A stretch of DNA of 56,864 nucleotides, filler included, from Basidiobolus ranarum (taxonomy: Eukaryota), in assembly GCA_040143965.1 (NCBI GenBank). It is 6 parts of 6 records of this genome, joined end to end, with 100 filler letters (N's around TTAATTAATTAA, not from the genome) between each part and the next. Parts side by side here need not be neighbours in the genome. Positions count along the whole stretch, not along the records: positions 9,514 to 18,921 come from JASJQH010000830.1; positions 19,022 to 28,417 come from JASJQH010000831.1; 4 more parts are not named here. The stretch is one strand, 5' to 3'. Shown here one piece after another: positions 10,522-24,236 of this stretch. Positions within the stretch are counted from its first letter, which is position 1; every line of letters begins with the position of its first letter. The position numbers were made by a program, and so were the translations under genes. The notes beneath the pieces are model-generated. The model was not told the DNA's origin. It saw nothing but the letters and a program-made list of their open reading frames with translations, and did not search any database.

Positions 10522-13500
10522 TACTATACAGATTTCTCTAGTCATTATATCATTGCGCATTTTCTATTAAATCAACTTATAATATAATATCCTCACTTTT
10601 TCATTGCAAACCATCAACTGTTGAACTTTTACAAGCATGTATTTCTACCTAGTCTTTGTGTTGGACATTCTTTATGTTTAGACACCCAAAGTGAAATAGG
10701 AGATGCGTGGTACTTTCTTCATACACTTGAATTTACAAGAAGTCGTTGCATCACTGTTTGATAAATAATTATAAAAAGCAGACTGAGGTAGCTCAGCGCT
10801 ATAGCTTCAAATGTTCACTAAATTAGAACAACTTCATGTTCCATCTTTATGCTGGGGCATATGTTTTCTATTCACAAATACGATAGTTCTATCACACCCA
10901 ATTCTTGCTCTCCAATGATAACAAAAACCGGGCAATTAGATAATCTGCTTTAACACTAGTGAAATCAATACATTGATAATGAACGATATACATGGACTTG
11001 GCGCCTGCTAACACACGGGTCAATATTATGCAATCTTGAGGCAGAGCCATAAGGGGTAAGTCATGGCGGCATTATTTGATACTAGATATACAGGAAGATG
11101 TATCTTTTGATTGAATGGACGACGATATTCAATCTTTTTTACTGTTCATAGCATTCAATCAAGCATTCTTAAGTACTTAAATAGTATCAACTGAGTACAA
11201 AAGCCATATATGTACAGTACTATAGGGATAATGCTCTAGTATGACTAGAAGTTTATAAACTCGACAACAGTCTAGACAGTAAAAGACTCGCTGTATCACA
11301 TCAGCAATCACTTCTATTTATTAAATATATGGCTTTAATACTTTCTTCTTTGAAAGGATGTATATTTCTCATACACTTATATTTCCAGCTTTTTGGTTGA
11401 GAGCACTGTTACTATCATTGCCTGTTTGTGTTCCCCAAAATATTGGGATCGTCTTGCACAGGTGTGGATATACTGATTTTAATGATCCATAGTTATATTG
11501 CTTGTGTCTCAAATGATTTCTGCCAGTGGCATGACAATGCTGCTGCGCATATGCTGTCGATAAGCATTGTATTTCTATCAGATTCCGGACCTGGAAGGTT
11601 GAATAAGGTAGAATTACGGGTGATTACATTACAATAGTCAATTCACACCAGCAATTCAAGAGGTATTGATACAGTTCGTCTCATCCGATGTATCTGATTT
11701 GCTGTCTCAAGCAGTAATCTAGTGCTCAACTCTTAGGTCATAGAGGCTATACCATTCAATGCCGATGGTTCATAGTATATCCAGTTTCCTGATCGAGGAT
11801 CTAATAGCTCAGATATCTGTTTCCTGGTCGCTCCATGTATTGTAATAGGCTCTCATGGGAGTAGATGGCATCGATGGGTTGTAGCCAACCGCAGAGAGCC
11901 TTTATTTTCCACCTTGTTGGTGGGGCGTATTGTAACTCGTCTCACCAAGAATTTTAACTTTTAAAAGCAATATAAAGTCCAACTAGTCATAAGTATTACA
12001 ACAATACTAATGGTAGTACTGCGAAGTAAGCGCTGGACTGAAATTATATTTACCTGCGTATTATTATCCCGATATGGAAAGTAGATAATCGATAAGTTCG
12101 CAGTTAAATAGCACCTAACTGTCTTTAGTTCATACTTAGTGTGTACCAACTACCGTGATTGCTTCTATGATGTTGTCTCTATTTGCCCTTCACTTTACCA
12201 TTTCCATTAGAGAAGATAAAGATTACTCTGTACTACTATGTATATTCTACTTTTATGCTACTGTAGATCTAATTTCTCATTCAGTTTAGAAAATAGATTG
12301 CTGAGCGAACCTGTATACGCTTCCTGGCAATTCCACATTTTCTAATTATAGTACAAATTGGACAATTTCTCATCTAAAATTGCTAATATATAGATGTATT
12401 GTTAGTATTCTACAGCATATATACCATCTTTTCATACTAAATTAGTACAGATGCAACGTTCAGCTGCATAAGTCAAATTTGGCCCGATTTGAATCTTGTA
12501 TGAAGAAATTAATATAGTTGTGATAATGGATTGTATTAACCAGATAATGATATAGCTGGATTCAATGAAGGTTCGACCGAAATGAACCACAAATTCTCTA
12601 CCTTTGGGTCCGTATTTAATAACGCAGTAAAGCTAAAGGCTTATATAGAATTTCAAGTAACTAAACTATAATGAATTTGTATGTTGAAAATACTACGATT
12701 TACCATGTAGTAGACCATTGATACCTTAGTGATATCCCGCTTTTCATCTACTTGATGGTAATTAGTATATTTGTTGGTGTTAAACACAGGTTTATTCTAC
12801 AATATGTTGACGCTATGCTTACGTATTTGGTTGAATAGAGAGCGATAATAGGCCATAAATCAAATGTTACCAATGAACTAACCATAACAAATACCCTAGT
12901 CTCAGCAAAGTTTTGCTTGGACAAATGTGCGATAAGGATAGTTGATTTCACTTAGAGATCTATTTTTCTCCTGCAGTGCGCTCAACGTGTGATTACAACA
13001 AAGTACTCATGTGGCACTACTAGAGAACAATCGAGTTCTACTGTTTCCATAATAATACCTGCTCAATATGGTTGCTCAGAGTAATAAACACTCACTGGTG
13101 CTCTTTCATTAGAAACAAAGCGAATAAAGTAACAACGTGGTCAGCTAATGTATGTTTAGTGCTAGTTCCATTGGACTCGTTCCTGCGTTTGATAGGGTAA
13201 TACCTACTTCTGTGTGCGAACTGCTGAATGGTTTGGCTTGGTAGAGATACATCGACGATAACCTGTTCACACTCACAGTTTATGAGGAAGTCTTTATATT
13301 TCACATCATTAAAAGTCAATGGCTCGTCCAAGACAAGCAGGTAATACCAAACCACATTACCCAAGTTTGTAAATGCCTACCCCTGAGATTTACAATGAAA
13401 CTTGAGTATTACAGCCCTATACTGAACAAACCGTTTATGCCAGTTAATGCCAAAAACGTATAGGTATACTCCTAACATAGTTCTGTGCTTTCGCAAACTA

Positions 13501-13972
13501 TCAAATTACTTGATCCTCAGAAATGCTCTTGTATCAATAGGTCTTCATCTTAATAGCTTTCACTGCTAGTGAACATATATAATTGATCTTCGGTGCACAG
13601 CATGAACTGGTGACTGTTCATAATTACACAGATGTTGATTGAAATGACATTCAGCGAATTACAAGCGGTTGCTATTTGGAAATTGCATAATCAGGGCGAT
13701 AGAAGATGGAAGCCTGGCAAATCTATGAGTCAGACCCTGGGAAAACTTGAGACAGAGTAATTGAACATACAGAAATACGAGTTCTGTATTATATATGAAA
13801 ATAAATGTAGATTGGAGCATGAGTAGAAATCTATGACAGATGGTAGTGGTGGATGTGGAGAGTATTATAGGATTTAATTAGGTCTCTTATGGTGCGACTC
13901 ACAACTGTTTACACACAGTTACCTTGCGTAGCTTCTATAAAAGAGCTGATATAAGCACAGTATGTGGTGTTG

Positions 13973-14714
13973 ATGAACATGTCAGTGGGATATACTGATA
14001 AGCTTGGTACTAGTACATCTCCGTTTGTGCTGAATCTTTACAAGTAAAGTTCTTTACTTCTTTATATCTGTCTCTCTCAGGCCTCACATAATTCACACTT
14101 TTTCCTTTTCTAGAATACTCTCAGAACCAAGTTACTCTGATGTGATCGCTTGGGAGCAGTCAGACACCAAATTTATCATCAAAGATCTTATCAGTTTTGC
14201 CTTTAAAGTGCTTCCTCAATACTATGATACAAATAAGCTTGCACCATTCTTCCGCCAATTACGTGTAAGTCATTGAGTGGTTTGAACTTCTTATCCCAAG
14301 ATACTTGAGTAATCTTTTCAACAGATTCATGGCTTTTACCGGGTTTCTGACCGGCGAAGGAAGAAGCAAAGTAACGATACACCATGGATGATCTATTCTC
14401 ACCGGCATTTTAATCGAGACAATCCAAGCTCTCTTCATCTCATCCAACGTACGGCTCGTTCGTATAGCCGAACAAGAGTCGAATTTTCAAACCTGCAAAT
14501 AAATTCATTCACGAAGTCAAAAGCAGCACCCTCTATGATTTCACCGGTACTCTCTTTATCCTCATCCATAAAACCACAGCCGGTATGCCAGCATGAAGGA
14601 GAATCAAAATACGGCAATATGGCAGCTCATGGCTGTTCGAATTGTAAGATCCTTGAGAAGAAAAGAGAAAATATGTTGAAGATAATTGAGTATTACCAGT
14701 CTATATTCCGCTAA
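13973..14714 (+). CDS. HSF-type DNA-binding domain protein, copy B, C-terminally truncated (exons 13973-14043, 14114-14264, 14325-14714; 203 aa; possibly pseudogenising)
   Basis: Same intron positions and the same 151-nt exon 2 as copy A. Reads SPFVLNLYK...VIAWEQSDTKFIIKD...VLPQYYDTNKLAPFFRQLRIHGFYR. The TAA at 14712-14714 aligns with a GAA in copy A, and decayed homology continues downstream. Confidence 0.78.
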
Positions 14715-16276
14715 CCATTGATGAGGTAAATCACACTAATTACTAAGATCCGTTGTACTCGTCCTCTGTAGTACTTTTCTCTGAAGTTTCAACTGAACAT
14801 TACTGATGTCAGTGTTTATTTGAATAAATGTGGTAATCTGATTATGTAAGTATGATCTATCCGTAGACATGTGCTCATTATTAACACTTATATTGAATTT
14901 GGATCCTCTTGATCGTCCTGGGTGACATGTTTACCAAAAATAGCAGAAAAATTGCAGTATTTCTGTGTAAATTGGGATATGGAAAGTCTATTCAGCACTG
15001 GTCGATGATCTGATTCTCAGCCAGGCAAGTTCAGGAAAGAGATTGAATATTTGTGCCTGTTGATACTTGTAGCAGGCCGGGTGTGAATTTGAACCAGGAA
15101 GAGTATCACATAGGGAAGTCTCATGCTTGATCGATATCTTCACAGATATCTTGGACTGGTCAGCTTACCATCGACGACTTACCATGGATAGAGATGATGT
15201 GATTAAAACACCAAACTCTCACTCTGTATATTTCATCGTTATCTAGAGTAGATGTACAATCACACGTGTATGGCTTCTCCCAATGGCATCACAATAAAAG
15301 CACAGTAATTATCCATCGAATATTGTTAGTTCATAAATGTACTAAGTGTATGTATCGAGAGAACTGGAGAGTGCACATAACATCTGTGCTTCTTGTATTA
15401 TTGGACGATACCTCTCTCTTGGATACGGTATGTAGTTTTTGACCATTGCTACATAAAAAAGCAATATTCTAAGGAAAATGATACAGAAATTAGGTGGATT
15501 GTTATAAATGAAATTATTGTAGTTTATATCTTTTTGGTCAGCGAGTTTTTTGATGGTTATGTTATATTATTAGGATATGCCCAAGTGGTGGACATTTCTC
15601 AATGCTATTCCAGTATAGGACAATATTTTGTATTAGAAATGTTTCAAAGGTGTAGTTGCAAAGTGTACTTGGCTGTATGCTGTGTCCTTTCAGCTAGATT
15701 GACATATTCTAAGTGATTTATTTACAGCCTCCATATCAGAAGTCTATATTTCAGCATTAACATTTTATTCATCTTCATTCTGGCTTGTTTCAACTTTGAC
15801 ACATAGAGATGTGATGACTAATGACTCATCAGATTCATAACCCAAATAATTCTTATCACATACTTGGCACTGAATTTAAATCATTATTTACATTACTTAA
15901 ATTTTCCATCACAGATCTGAGGCCTATTCATTCAATAATAGTGAAGATTAATTGATCCATGCTTCAAATGGTGAGCAAGCCATACTAAAACAGCTAAAAA
16001 GTGTTTAAGGAGCTTTCTTACCTCTGCATGTATGTTTCTTGACAGCAGTGCAGTAATTGGCTTGAGCCGAGGGGCTATTGTTCTGCAGTTTTGGATGTGG
16101 GTGATTGGCGTTTCATTTACCCAAATCCTGTATTTTTCTTGGCTATTCAAATACAGCATGACTGAGAAATAGGAACTTGTGCACCATATACACCTTAAAA
16201 GGGCACAACACAGGGGCGTAGATATGACATCGAAAATTGCATTAACACTCTTATTAAGTCACCTTTCAACAGCATG

Positions 16277-16410
16277 TATAAATATCACTGCCATCGCTTG
16301 AAGTTACAACACTCGAAAACACTGGAATCATAAATTGAGCATTTGCCTAGTTTTAAGTGCATCTAGTGTTTAGAGACAAATATATTTTCTTTTCTCATCC
16401 TTTCCATCTC
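16277..16410 (+). repeat. Diverged direct repeat, copy 1 (TATA-containing, promoter/5' exon-like block)
   Basis: Shares TATAAATA, CCATCGC, CACTCGAAAA, GGAATCATA and TCCTTTCCATCTC in the same order with 18708-18827. Confidence 0.6.
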
Positions 16411-17733
16411 GTTCTCTGCATCCTTCCAACTTTCTTTCTATTAGAACTTGTTACCATCGACGTTATAGGAGAAAGCAATTCGGATTTTTATAACTTTTTA
16501 TATGCTTGTCTGGAGATATAGAAACGAGGAAGCGATGTGCAGAGCAACAACATATCTGGGTATCAAGTGACCGGATAATAAGAGGGTATAGATGTTCGAA
16601 GTACAAATTCACAGTCCATGAACTGTTTAGAGTATATATGTAATACTCAATCATCTTACTCAAGTGTGCCATTATCTGTCTCCGATCTCTATCATTCAAA
16701 ATGCGTCATTGAATATGCAGCTTTTCGAATATTTAGATTCTTGGTCAGGAAATTTCAAACTTGGGTGAGATGATTCAGTATTGCATGTATATACTGAGCA
16801 ACCTATGGACGTTGATTAGTGGGAAGTTTGTTTCTCAACCATTGTTATTTTTCATGCCAAACCAATTTAGAATATTTGTAAGGCTATCCTCTCTATATCA
16901 AAAGTCAACAAATGAATGATTTTAACCAATAACTTCTCTCAAGTAAATGAATAGTGTGTATAATAATACATTTTATTGTGTCTATACTGTATTATATCAT
17001 GTATCCACTACCGCTTAGTACTAAAATAAAGCAGGAATGATTCAAAAGTAATATATGCGCCCTATACAGGCTCTTTATACAGCAAAAATACGGTGCAACG
17101 TAAGTAGCTGGCAGATATATATAACTTAGTAGCAATTTATCGAAATATGTGTTCTTTAAACCATGACTTGATGATTGGGATTTAAAGGGTCTTGACATTT
17201 TGTCAATAATATGTCCATATCCCATTGTTTGCCTAAACTTCGTGGCAATTCATATTAATCAGATAAATCTTAAACCTTTCTATAGAGCATGGCTTCTACC
17301 AAATTTCTGACTGGTAAAGGAAAATGCAGGACAATAATACAACCAGGACAATATTTGGACACCAATATTGCACGCGAAGTAAGCTTGATGCTTATCAAAT
17401 CTTCCAAGCATATCTGGCTGATACAGCTGACTACGAGTAATGCTACTGAATTTTCTAGTAATCACAATCACAAAAGCAATGGGTCTTTTACAGGATATAG
17501 GGAGCTTGGTAGGTTCTTTAATATATCATATTAGTTTGCTTCCTGCAGCTTCTATTTACCTGGCATGATGAAGAATGATACAATCTAAGGCTACTGGTTA
17601 TGGCGTATTTGTCTTCTTAAGTCCATGGAAAATATTATGGAATGTATATTCTATCTTTGTCTAAATTGGTGATATTCCTCCATGATGTGTTAATATATAC
17701 ATTAACAGTAAAACAAAGCAAACATCAATTTAG

Positions 17734-18019
17734 TGTTGAAGTTAGCATTACCTAAGCACCTATTTAGTCATATATAGCTTAGTATTTGCTATTCTATATT
17801 TCACTGATATATCACCCACTATTCTCAATTGAAACTTGCTTTTGATGTTTTACCAACTTGCAAGTTCTCAGATATATAGATTTTTCAAACTTGTGCTAGA
17901 AACCCCAAACTTTGCATACATGCTTTTGGGACCTTCCTGAACAATTTCTAGATGTTTCTTCTATATACATCTTGACAAGACTATAAATGCTCACTTTCAA
18001 CTCAATAAATCAATAAGTG
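17734..18019 (+). mobile_element. Truncated solo LTR of the same copia family
   Basis: Starts TGTTGAAGTTAGCATT. Colinear with the reverse complement of about 8557-8843 (e.g. GTTCTCAGATATATAGATTTTTCAAACTTGTGCTAGAA). No PPT upstream. Confidence 0.85.
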
Positions 18020-18707
18020 GATATAGTTTATCTCTTTTAAGCCTGGTCAGGGTTTAAGTATGTATTATCAAAATTTGATGATCTTCCATATCAAATCTTT
18101 TATAGAGATTAAACATGTGAATATTAAACTATTCAAATCATAACTCTCTATATATAGTAAGTTCTAGTAATGATTCTAAATCAACAGAGGAAACTACTAA
18201 ATATTCAATGTTACCAATCAACAAGAACTAACCTTTTATAGTAAATATGCTGTAATTTTGACATTAAAATTGTAATTTCTAAATTAAGCAACAGGATCCA
18301 TATCAGAATTTTTTTTCAACCTTGCAATGTGTCATGCAAGTTTGATGACCAATCACAAAATTTATTGTATATTTGAGACTGAAACTAAATCATTACTTAA
18401 CGTAAGTTCCTAGTCACAAATCTGAAACCCATTCATCCAATGAGAGTGAGGAATATATAGGTCATGCTTCGAATATCAAGAACACTAGACTAATATGGCT
18501 AGGAATTGCTTAGGGAGTGTCTTATCTTGGAACAGTTAATTCTCAATAATATTGCAATGATTGGCTTGCAGAGGTAATCCCTATCGTTTTGCAATCGGAT
18601 GTGGTCAATAAACCTTCCACTAAGCCAAACACTCTATATTTCTCGGCTGCTGCCACACATCTCAATTGAACATTAAAAACTTGCATATGCACCATATAAT
18701 TGATTCA

Positions 18708-18921
18708 TATATAAATAGCACACCATCGCCTTATATAACAGCACTCGAAAATGCGGGAATCATACTGGTAATATAGGCGTTTGCTTATTTTGAAGTATGC
18801 ATATAAATTTCTTGTCCTTTCCATCTCTTTTTCTTCACTCCTCCTACCATTCTTCGTTGGCTAACATTACATTCTCGCAGGCTGCGGGACCAGTTTGGCT
18901 AGTACGAAGTTTTTATTCCAA
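18708..18921 (+). repeat. Diverged direct repeat, copy 2, followed by an intron-like segment (18795-18880); gene 5' end cut by the contig end
   Basis: Homology to 16277-16410. GTATGC...GCTAAC...GCAG intron signature. Confidence 0.5.
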
Positions 18922-19021
18922 NNNNNNNNNNNNNNNNNNNNNNNNNNNNNNNNNNNNNNNNNNNNTTAATTAATTAANNNNNNNNNNNNNNNNNNNNNNN
19001 NNNNNNNNNNNNNNNNNNNNN
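18922..19021. other. Artificial contig-joining spacer
   Basis: N44-TTAATTAATTAA-N44. Confidence 0.99.
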
Positions 19022-19132
19022 CTAAGTAAATTCCGATTGAGAATAATTGATAATATCTTAGTGAATTATAAGATAACTAAGTACTAAGCTATATATGACT
19101 ATATAGGTGTTTAGGCAATGCTAATTTCAACA
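19022..19132 (-). mobile_element. LTR fragment (5' end) of the same copia family, cut by the contig start
   Basis: Near-identical to 8735-8843, ending GCTAATTTCAACA. Confidence 0.88.
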
Positions 19133-19775
19133 ACCAAAACACTATCATAGGTTGCTTCTAATATACAAAGTCTATCACCCATTATGTCAGGATCCTCCAA
19201 CAAATACATTATGATACAGCTAGTAATGATTTTACATGCATCATAATAACCAAGATTATTTCAATATTAGACTTTGAGGAAACTTGCACAATTCAGACTG
19301 TTGATGGAACAAATATCCCTTTTTTTTAGTTTTAAGGTTATGTTGAATTTCTGGTTACATATAAGCTAGTTTACTGAAAAAACAAAGCAATTAGACTAAT
19401 ACAGTGTTAGTGAATTGAATGTCTGGTGGATAAATCTAGATGAAAGACAAGTACCTAAAATATAGAACAGATCAAACAACACACAACTGATTAGTTTTTT
19501 TTGTATATATTTTGAAATTGACAATATCTCTATATTAACTTCATGATTCAACTTGCTATTGGTCACATGGTCTACTCAATGACCAAATGACAGTCTTTGA
19601 TATTAAGAAAGTGATTCCACTGATCTTTATGATGCTGTATACATCTGTATTCAGGACTATTAGTGAATCAGTTTTGAGCTCCCATTTTAATATTGAATTT
19701 TTGCCAGTAAAGATTCTTTTGCATTCTCCACCATTACATATGGTTATATATGATGTTAAAACAAGGCTGGGCTTA

Positions 19776-19930
19776 TGTTAAAGTGTCGAAGTATTTTGGG
19801 AGTTTGTTGGAAGTGGCTTGGAGAACTAGTAGAATTGATTGTTCTCACTGATTGATATATTGAGTAGAAAGTTGGCATTTATAGTTTTGTCACGATCTAA
19901 ACAGATAAACGTGTAGAATTTGTCAAGAAA
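19776..19930 (-). mobile_element. LTR fragment (3' end) of the same copia family
   Basis: Colinear with about 8496-8640 (TGTTGGAAGTGG, GGAGAA, TTGAGT, CATTTATAGTTTTGTCA, TGTAGAAT). Confidence 0.75.
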
Positions 19931-21140
19931 GCTCAATTCTGGTGTTGCATGTCTGTATACCTTGACAAGTCTTCTCATTGCTTACAAAGCTTCTGGTACT
20001 CTATTTTTTACGCAATGAGTTTGATAACGTTATTTTTTGATAGGTCTCTGTTAATATATGAAAATATAAGGCTAAAGGGACATGTTTGCCAAGTTAATTA
20101 GATTTTAGCAATTGGTCGTTACGTTTAGCATAAAAATGCTATTTAAAAAGAATTCCCATGGTCATTAAACCAAAGTATTTGTGGAAGAAACTACTTCAAG
20201 ATTCACTTTAAATGGATGGAGTACTAACAAGTATCATCTTTATATTTAAGAAGTATATAATATACGGAAGACTATTACTTGTGCTCTGATTAGGTTATGT
20301 GACAAATGTAAAGTTGAACCATGGAGTGAATGCAGAGGTATTGTCAATTGAAAAATGCATGCAAAAAAATGAATCAGTTATGCGCGCTAGAGTATTTCGC
20401 TATTCATTAAGTAACATCCAGTCACCTTTCCATGCTTACTGCACAAACATTAGATATTGTTTCAACCTTCAATGACAGTTTCGTCGTAATACCTGAGGGA
20501 TTGAGTTGATAGCCGAAATGCATACAAGAAGAACCTTTACTAATATTTGGAACAGATAATCAGCTATCATCATCACCATCATCACTATCTGGATCTTAAT
20601 TGTTCAGCTCAAAATCAACTTGCACGTGCATTCTTAATATACAAACTAAGGCAAGCATTATTGCGCCATGTTGTACTCCACGATACAATTTCTTTTTTAT
20701 TTAACATTAGTACGGTAGCTCAATAAGGAGAACATTGAGGGGCTTAATAAAGCATCACTTCCTTTTACATGAGATTTGTATTTATAACTAATACAATATA
20801 CAAATGATATCTTGATGGGCGGATATTGGAAAGTGGGGTTTGTTGGAGCTAATAGATAACTTGAACCATGACACGAAGTATGATGAGATTTGGTCAATTT
20901 ATTGTCATTTGCAACGTGTTTGTAAAAGGCTATCTTCTCAGTATCTCTATTAGGAATCAACGACATACATAGTGGATAATCAACTGAGCCTTTCCTTCAC
21001 TTTCCGTATTCCTGGATTATCCAGCAACGATGTCTTATTCTTTGTGGTTGTACTTGCGGTTGTACCTGCCCCAATACAAAAAATCTTGCGTATATATAGA
21101 CGCTGTACTGACTTGCTGTCAATTAACTTCTCTACTTGCA

Positions 21141-22219
21141 ATGTTCAACTTACCACACATAGATTCTTCCACTGATCTCAGCACTGAGCACATCCAAATC
21201 GATCTGAATGATGACTCCCTAACCATGTACGGCTCTCCGGAGGAGTCAGTTGGGTGTATACTTCATGGAACACTACACTTCAACCCACTGGAGCAGATGA
21301 AGGTAAAGTCCATCAGTCTCAAATTCGTTGGCAAAGTAAAGATCAATGGCGGTACTGGTAAGTATCTGTTATAAACATAATCCTTTGGTACTAGATATTA
21401 ACATTCTATTTTTCAGATCTCCCAAAGCACGAATATGATTTGATCAATCACAAATGGACCTTTCTAGAAGCACAACGGGAATCTTATCTTTTGGCACCCA
21501 AAGATTATGCCTATGGCTTTGAGCTCCCACTCCAAGGCAATCTGCCGGAGTCAGTAGATGTCAATTCTGGTAGAATCGTATACAAATTGGTAGCCACAGT
21601 AGAACGTCCAGCCTTTCATTTTGACATGAAAGGTGGTCGCACTGTTGAACTTAAACGGGCACCACTTCCTTCCACCGATGATTACTTACAGCCCACTATC
21701 ATCACAGGGATTTGGTTGGACAAATTTGCATACCATATCTCCACTCCCGAAACCATTTACACAGTGGGTGATCAATTCCCGGTTTTATTCAATTTTTGTT
21801 CGTTTGACCCTGCTTTCAAGATCCGTAAAATCAATCTTGTCTTACGAGAGTTTATCGAGTACAGCCTTAAGGGAGGCAAACCAATCACAAAATGGGTTGA
21901 TTTGAGCAAGATCAGTAAAGCCTGCGAGGAAGAAGCACAACATGTCTAGGAGGGTCACTTGGATGTTCAAATCCCCAAACGTGCCTATTGCGATAGTGAG
22001 AGTGCTTTTATCAAAGTTTTTCACAGATTCTTCGTGGAAATCGAGACAGAAGAGGTTGGTGGAGAGAGAAAAACCCTTCATCTTTTACTACGCATTGGTG
22101 TACAGACGGAACTTCAAAATGAACTCTCAAAGAGTCCACCAACTTACGAAGCAATTTCCGAATTGCCTCCACCGCCTTATCCTTTCGACAATTCTAATAG
22201 TAATGCCATATATGCCTAA
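21141..22219 (+). CDS. Alpha-arrestin (ART-type Rsp5/Nedd4 adaptor) with one in-frame TAG at 21947-21949 (exons 21141-21357, 21417-22219)
   Basis: GSPEESVGCILHGTL, KVKSISLKFVG, YAYGFELPLQGNLPESV and IVYKLVATVERP are arrestin_N motifs. C-terminal PPTY and PPPY PY motifs are present. ORFs 21440-21949 and 21959-22219 share a frame. Confidence 0.88.
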
Positions 22220-24236
22220 GATTCGCATTCTCTCATCATAGATAGCTACCACATAGAGTACAAAAATAGCCATACAACTAGAAATAACTTTAATCCATGT
22301 AAATAACAATTGATGATGATTGTATTCAACGTAACCATAATAAAATCCCCTTTTTTATCTTAGATCTGATACTGATAATCTCGATGAGCGTGAGGAATAT
22401 AGGTGATGTGGGGGATGTAACAGCAAATTTCAATTAGATGTTTTCATGTTGAGGGATGCCCGGAGGGTTTGCCCAATGAATGGGCAATATAGGGTGATCA
22501 TATTCATATGTGGTATAACGTAAAAAAGTCCATTCTCGATAAATTCTGATAAACCCTCGTGCTATTGGGGAATATATATATATATATATATACGAACTTC
22601 GAAAGAGGCGTCCGCTCCGGCTTCATCCTTCTTTGAAGTTTTACCCCACATTCCAAACCAAATATAGTTAGTAACCTTAATCTTCAGGATCCTCCACCTT
22701 GAGTCATTTCCATAATGCGTTTTCCCCAAACACTGTCTATCTCATTGAGTTAGAACCAATTAAGTTGCGTAACCAGTTTATATTCTAGAACTCTGCAAAG
22801 CAATTGCGCTATTTAAAACTCGCAGTGAAAATAATAGCAGAGTACACAATATGGGCGACTTCACACTCAGATAAATCACTCTATTTTGAACTAAAGCTAC
22901 TTTGTTCATAGTGTAATAGAATAAGTTGCTGATCCACGCTTATACTCGTCATGGTAGATATTCACCGGGTATGAGTTACTTGTGTATAAGGCAGTCACCA
23001 TCAGCAATCTAGCTCAGCCGTAGTAGATTCTAACTTGCTAACTCATATCATTAACTTTATATGTGATAAAAACCTGTGTACAGAGAGTTGCTCTTTGTCT
23101 AGGTAAACACCTGGAGAGTCAAAGGGGCATTTGACTTGAATACGAATTACTGCTGTTACAAGAAAATATATAGAATGAAAGTCAGGCTATGGATTATATA
23201 TGGGTGGTTATATAAGGAGCAATCCAAACTTCCTAGACATTGCTCATATTTAGGCTACCACACCTATGCACAAAATAAGCACCTTAACATCATAGGTCAT
23301 ACATAATAAGCATAGCATCCAGTAAAGATATATAGCTTGGTTTATTTTCTTGTTGAAAGGACTTGTACAATATGCTGGCCGCCATCAAAAGCTCTGAATC
23401 TTGGTTTCTTCATTTTTCAAGATATATCTCTATTTTTACCCAGATACAGAGATACTATGACACATACGTCACACTAGAGTACAATATATACTGAAAACTA
23501 AGCAAAAAGCTGGACCTAGACAATAAGTACTAAAGCCTCTCTTTTGTCTCTGAATCATAAATACATTCACTATTTCTGATCTGTCAAAGAGTTGACCATC
23601 TACTTTCAGTTAAGTTGTTAAATGGTTATTTCAACTTCATGGATTGGTTCTAGTTCAGACACATTTTATGGGATACAGCGTTATTACCTGCATTGGTCAG
23701 AAACATTACCAAAGAAATATTGGAGATATAGTGATAGTTTAGCACCAACATGAATACTCACATACGTCATACCTTTTCGCCCTCAGCCCTAATAATTGGA
23801 TATTGCTGGGTAATAAGGTTTAATTCCAGATATCCTTTTTGGATGGATGACATAATTATGGGAATTTTCTTTTTTGGAGGACGGGAAGTATTCAAGCTAC
23901 ACAAACAAGGAGTTGAGTATAAACAATCATCGAGTTAACCTTACATTTCAAACTAGGGCTACATGCATATGGTTAAACTAACGAATATGTCTCCAACAAA
24001 GGACAATCAGTTGAGCGGGGTAATTGGGATGCATTGGATGTTTATGCGGAGTTTCATTTCCACTGACCAACTCCGCTTAAATAAAATGAACTCAGACCCT
24101 ATCAGTGTCTTCAGTGATTTCTCTTGCTCAGTTTCCTTCACTTCATACCATTATTAAAGTAAAAGCATTTAAATAGATTTATCTTTCTTGAAATATCCAA
24201 ATTTAATTACCTTTGATTCCTGTCTAAAAGAGAGAA

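Noticed and set aside
11400-11950. Possible decayed coding sequence on the minus strand
   Set aside because: Every minus-strand frame I read contains stops and no family motif was recognisable.
19133-19775. Faint copia protease-like (+) and RT/RNase H-like (-) traces in a CpG-poor stretch between LTR fragments
   Set aside because: Too degenerate to call by eye; needs tBLASTx or an HMM search.
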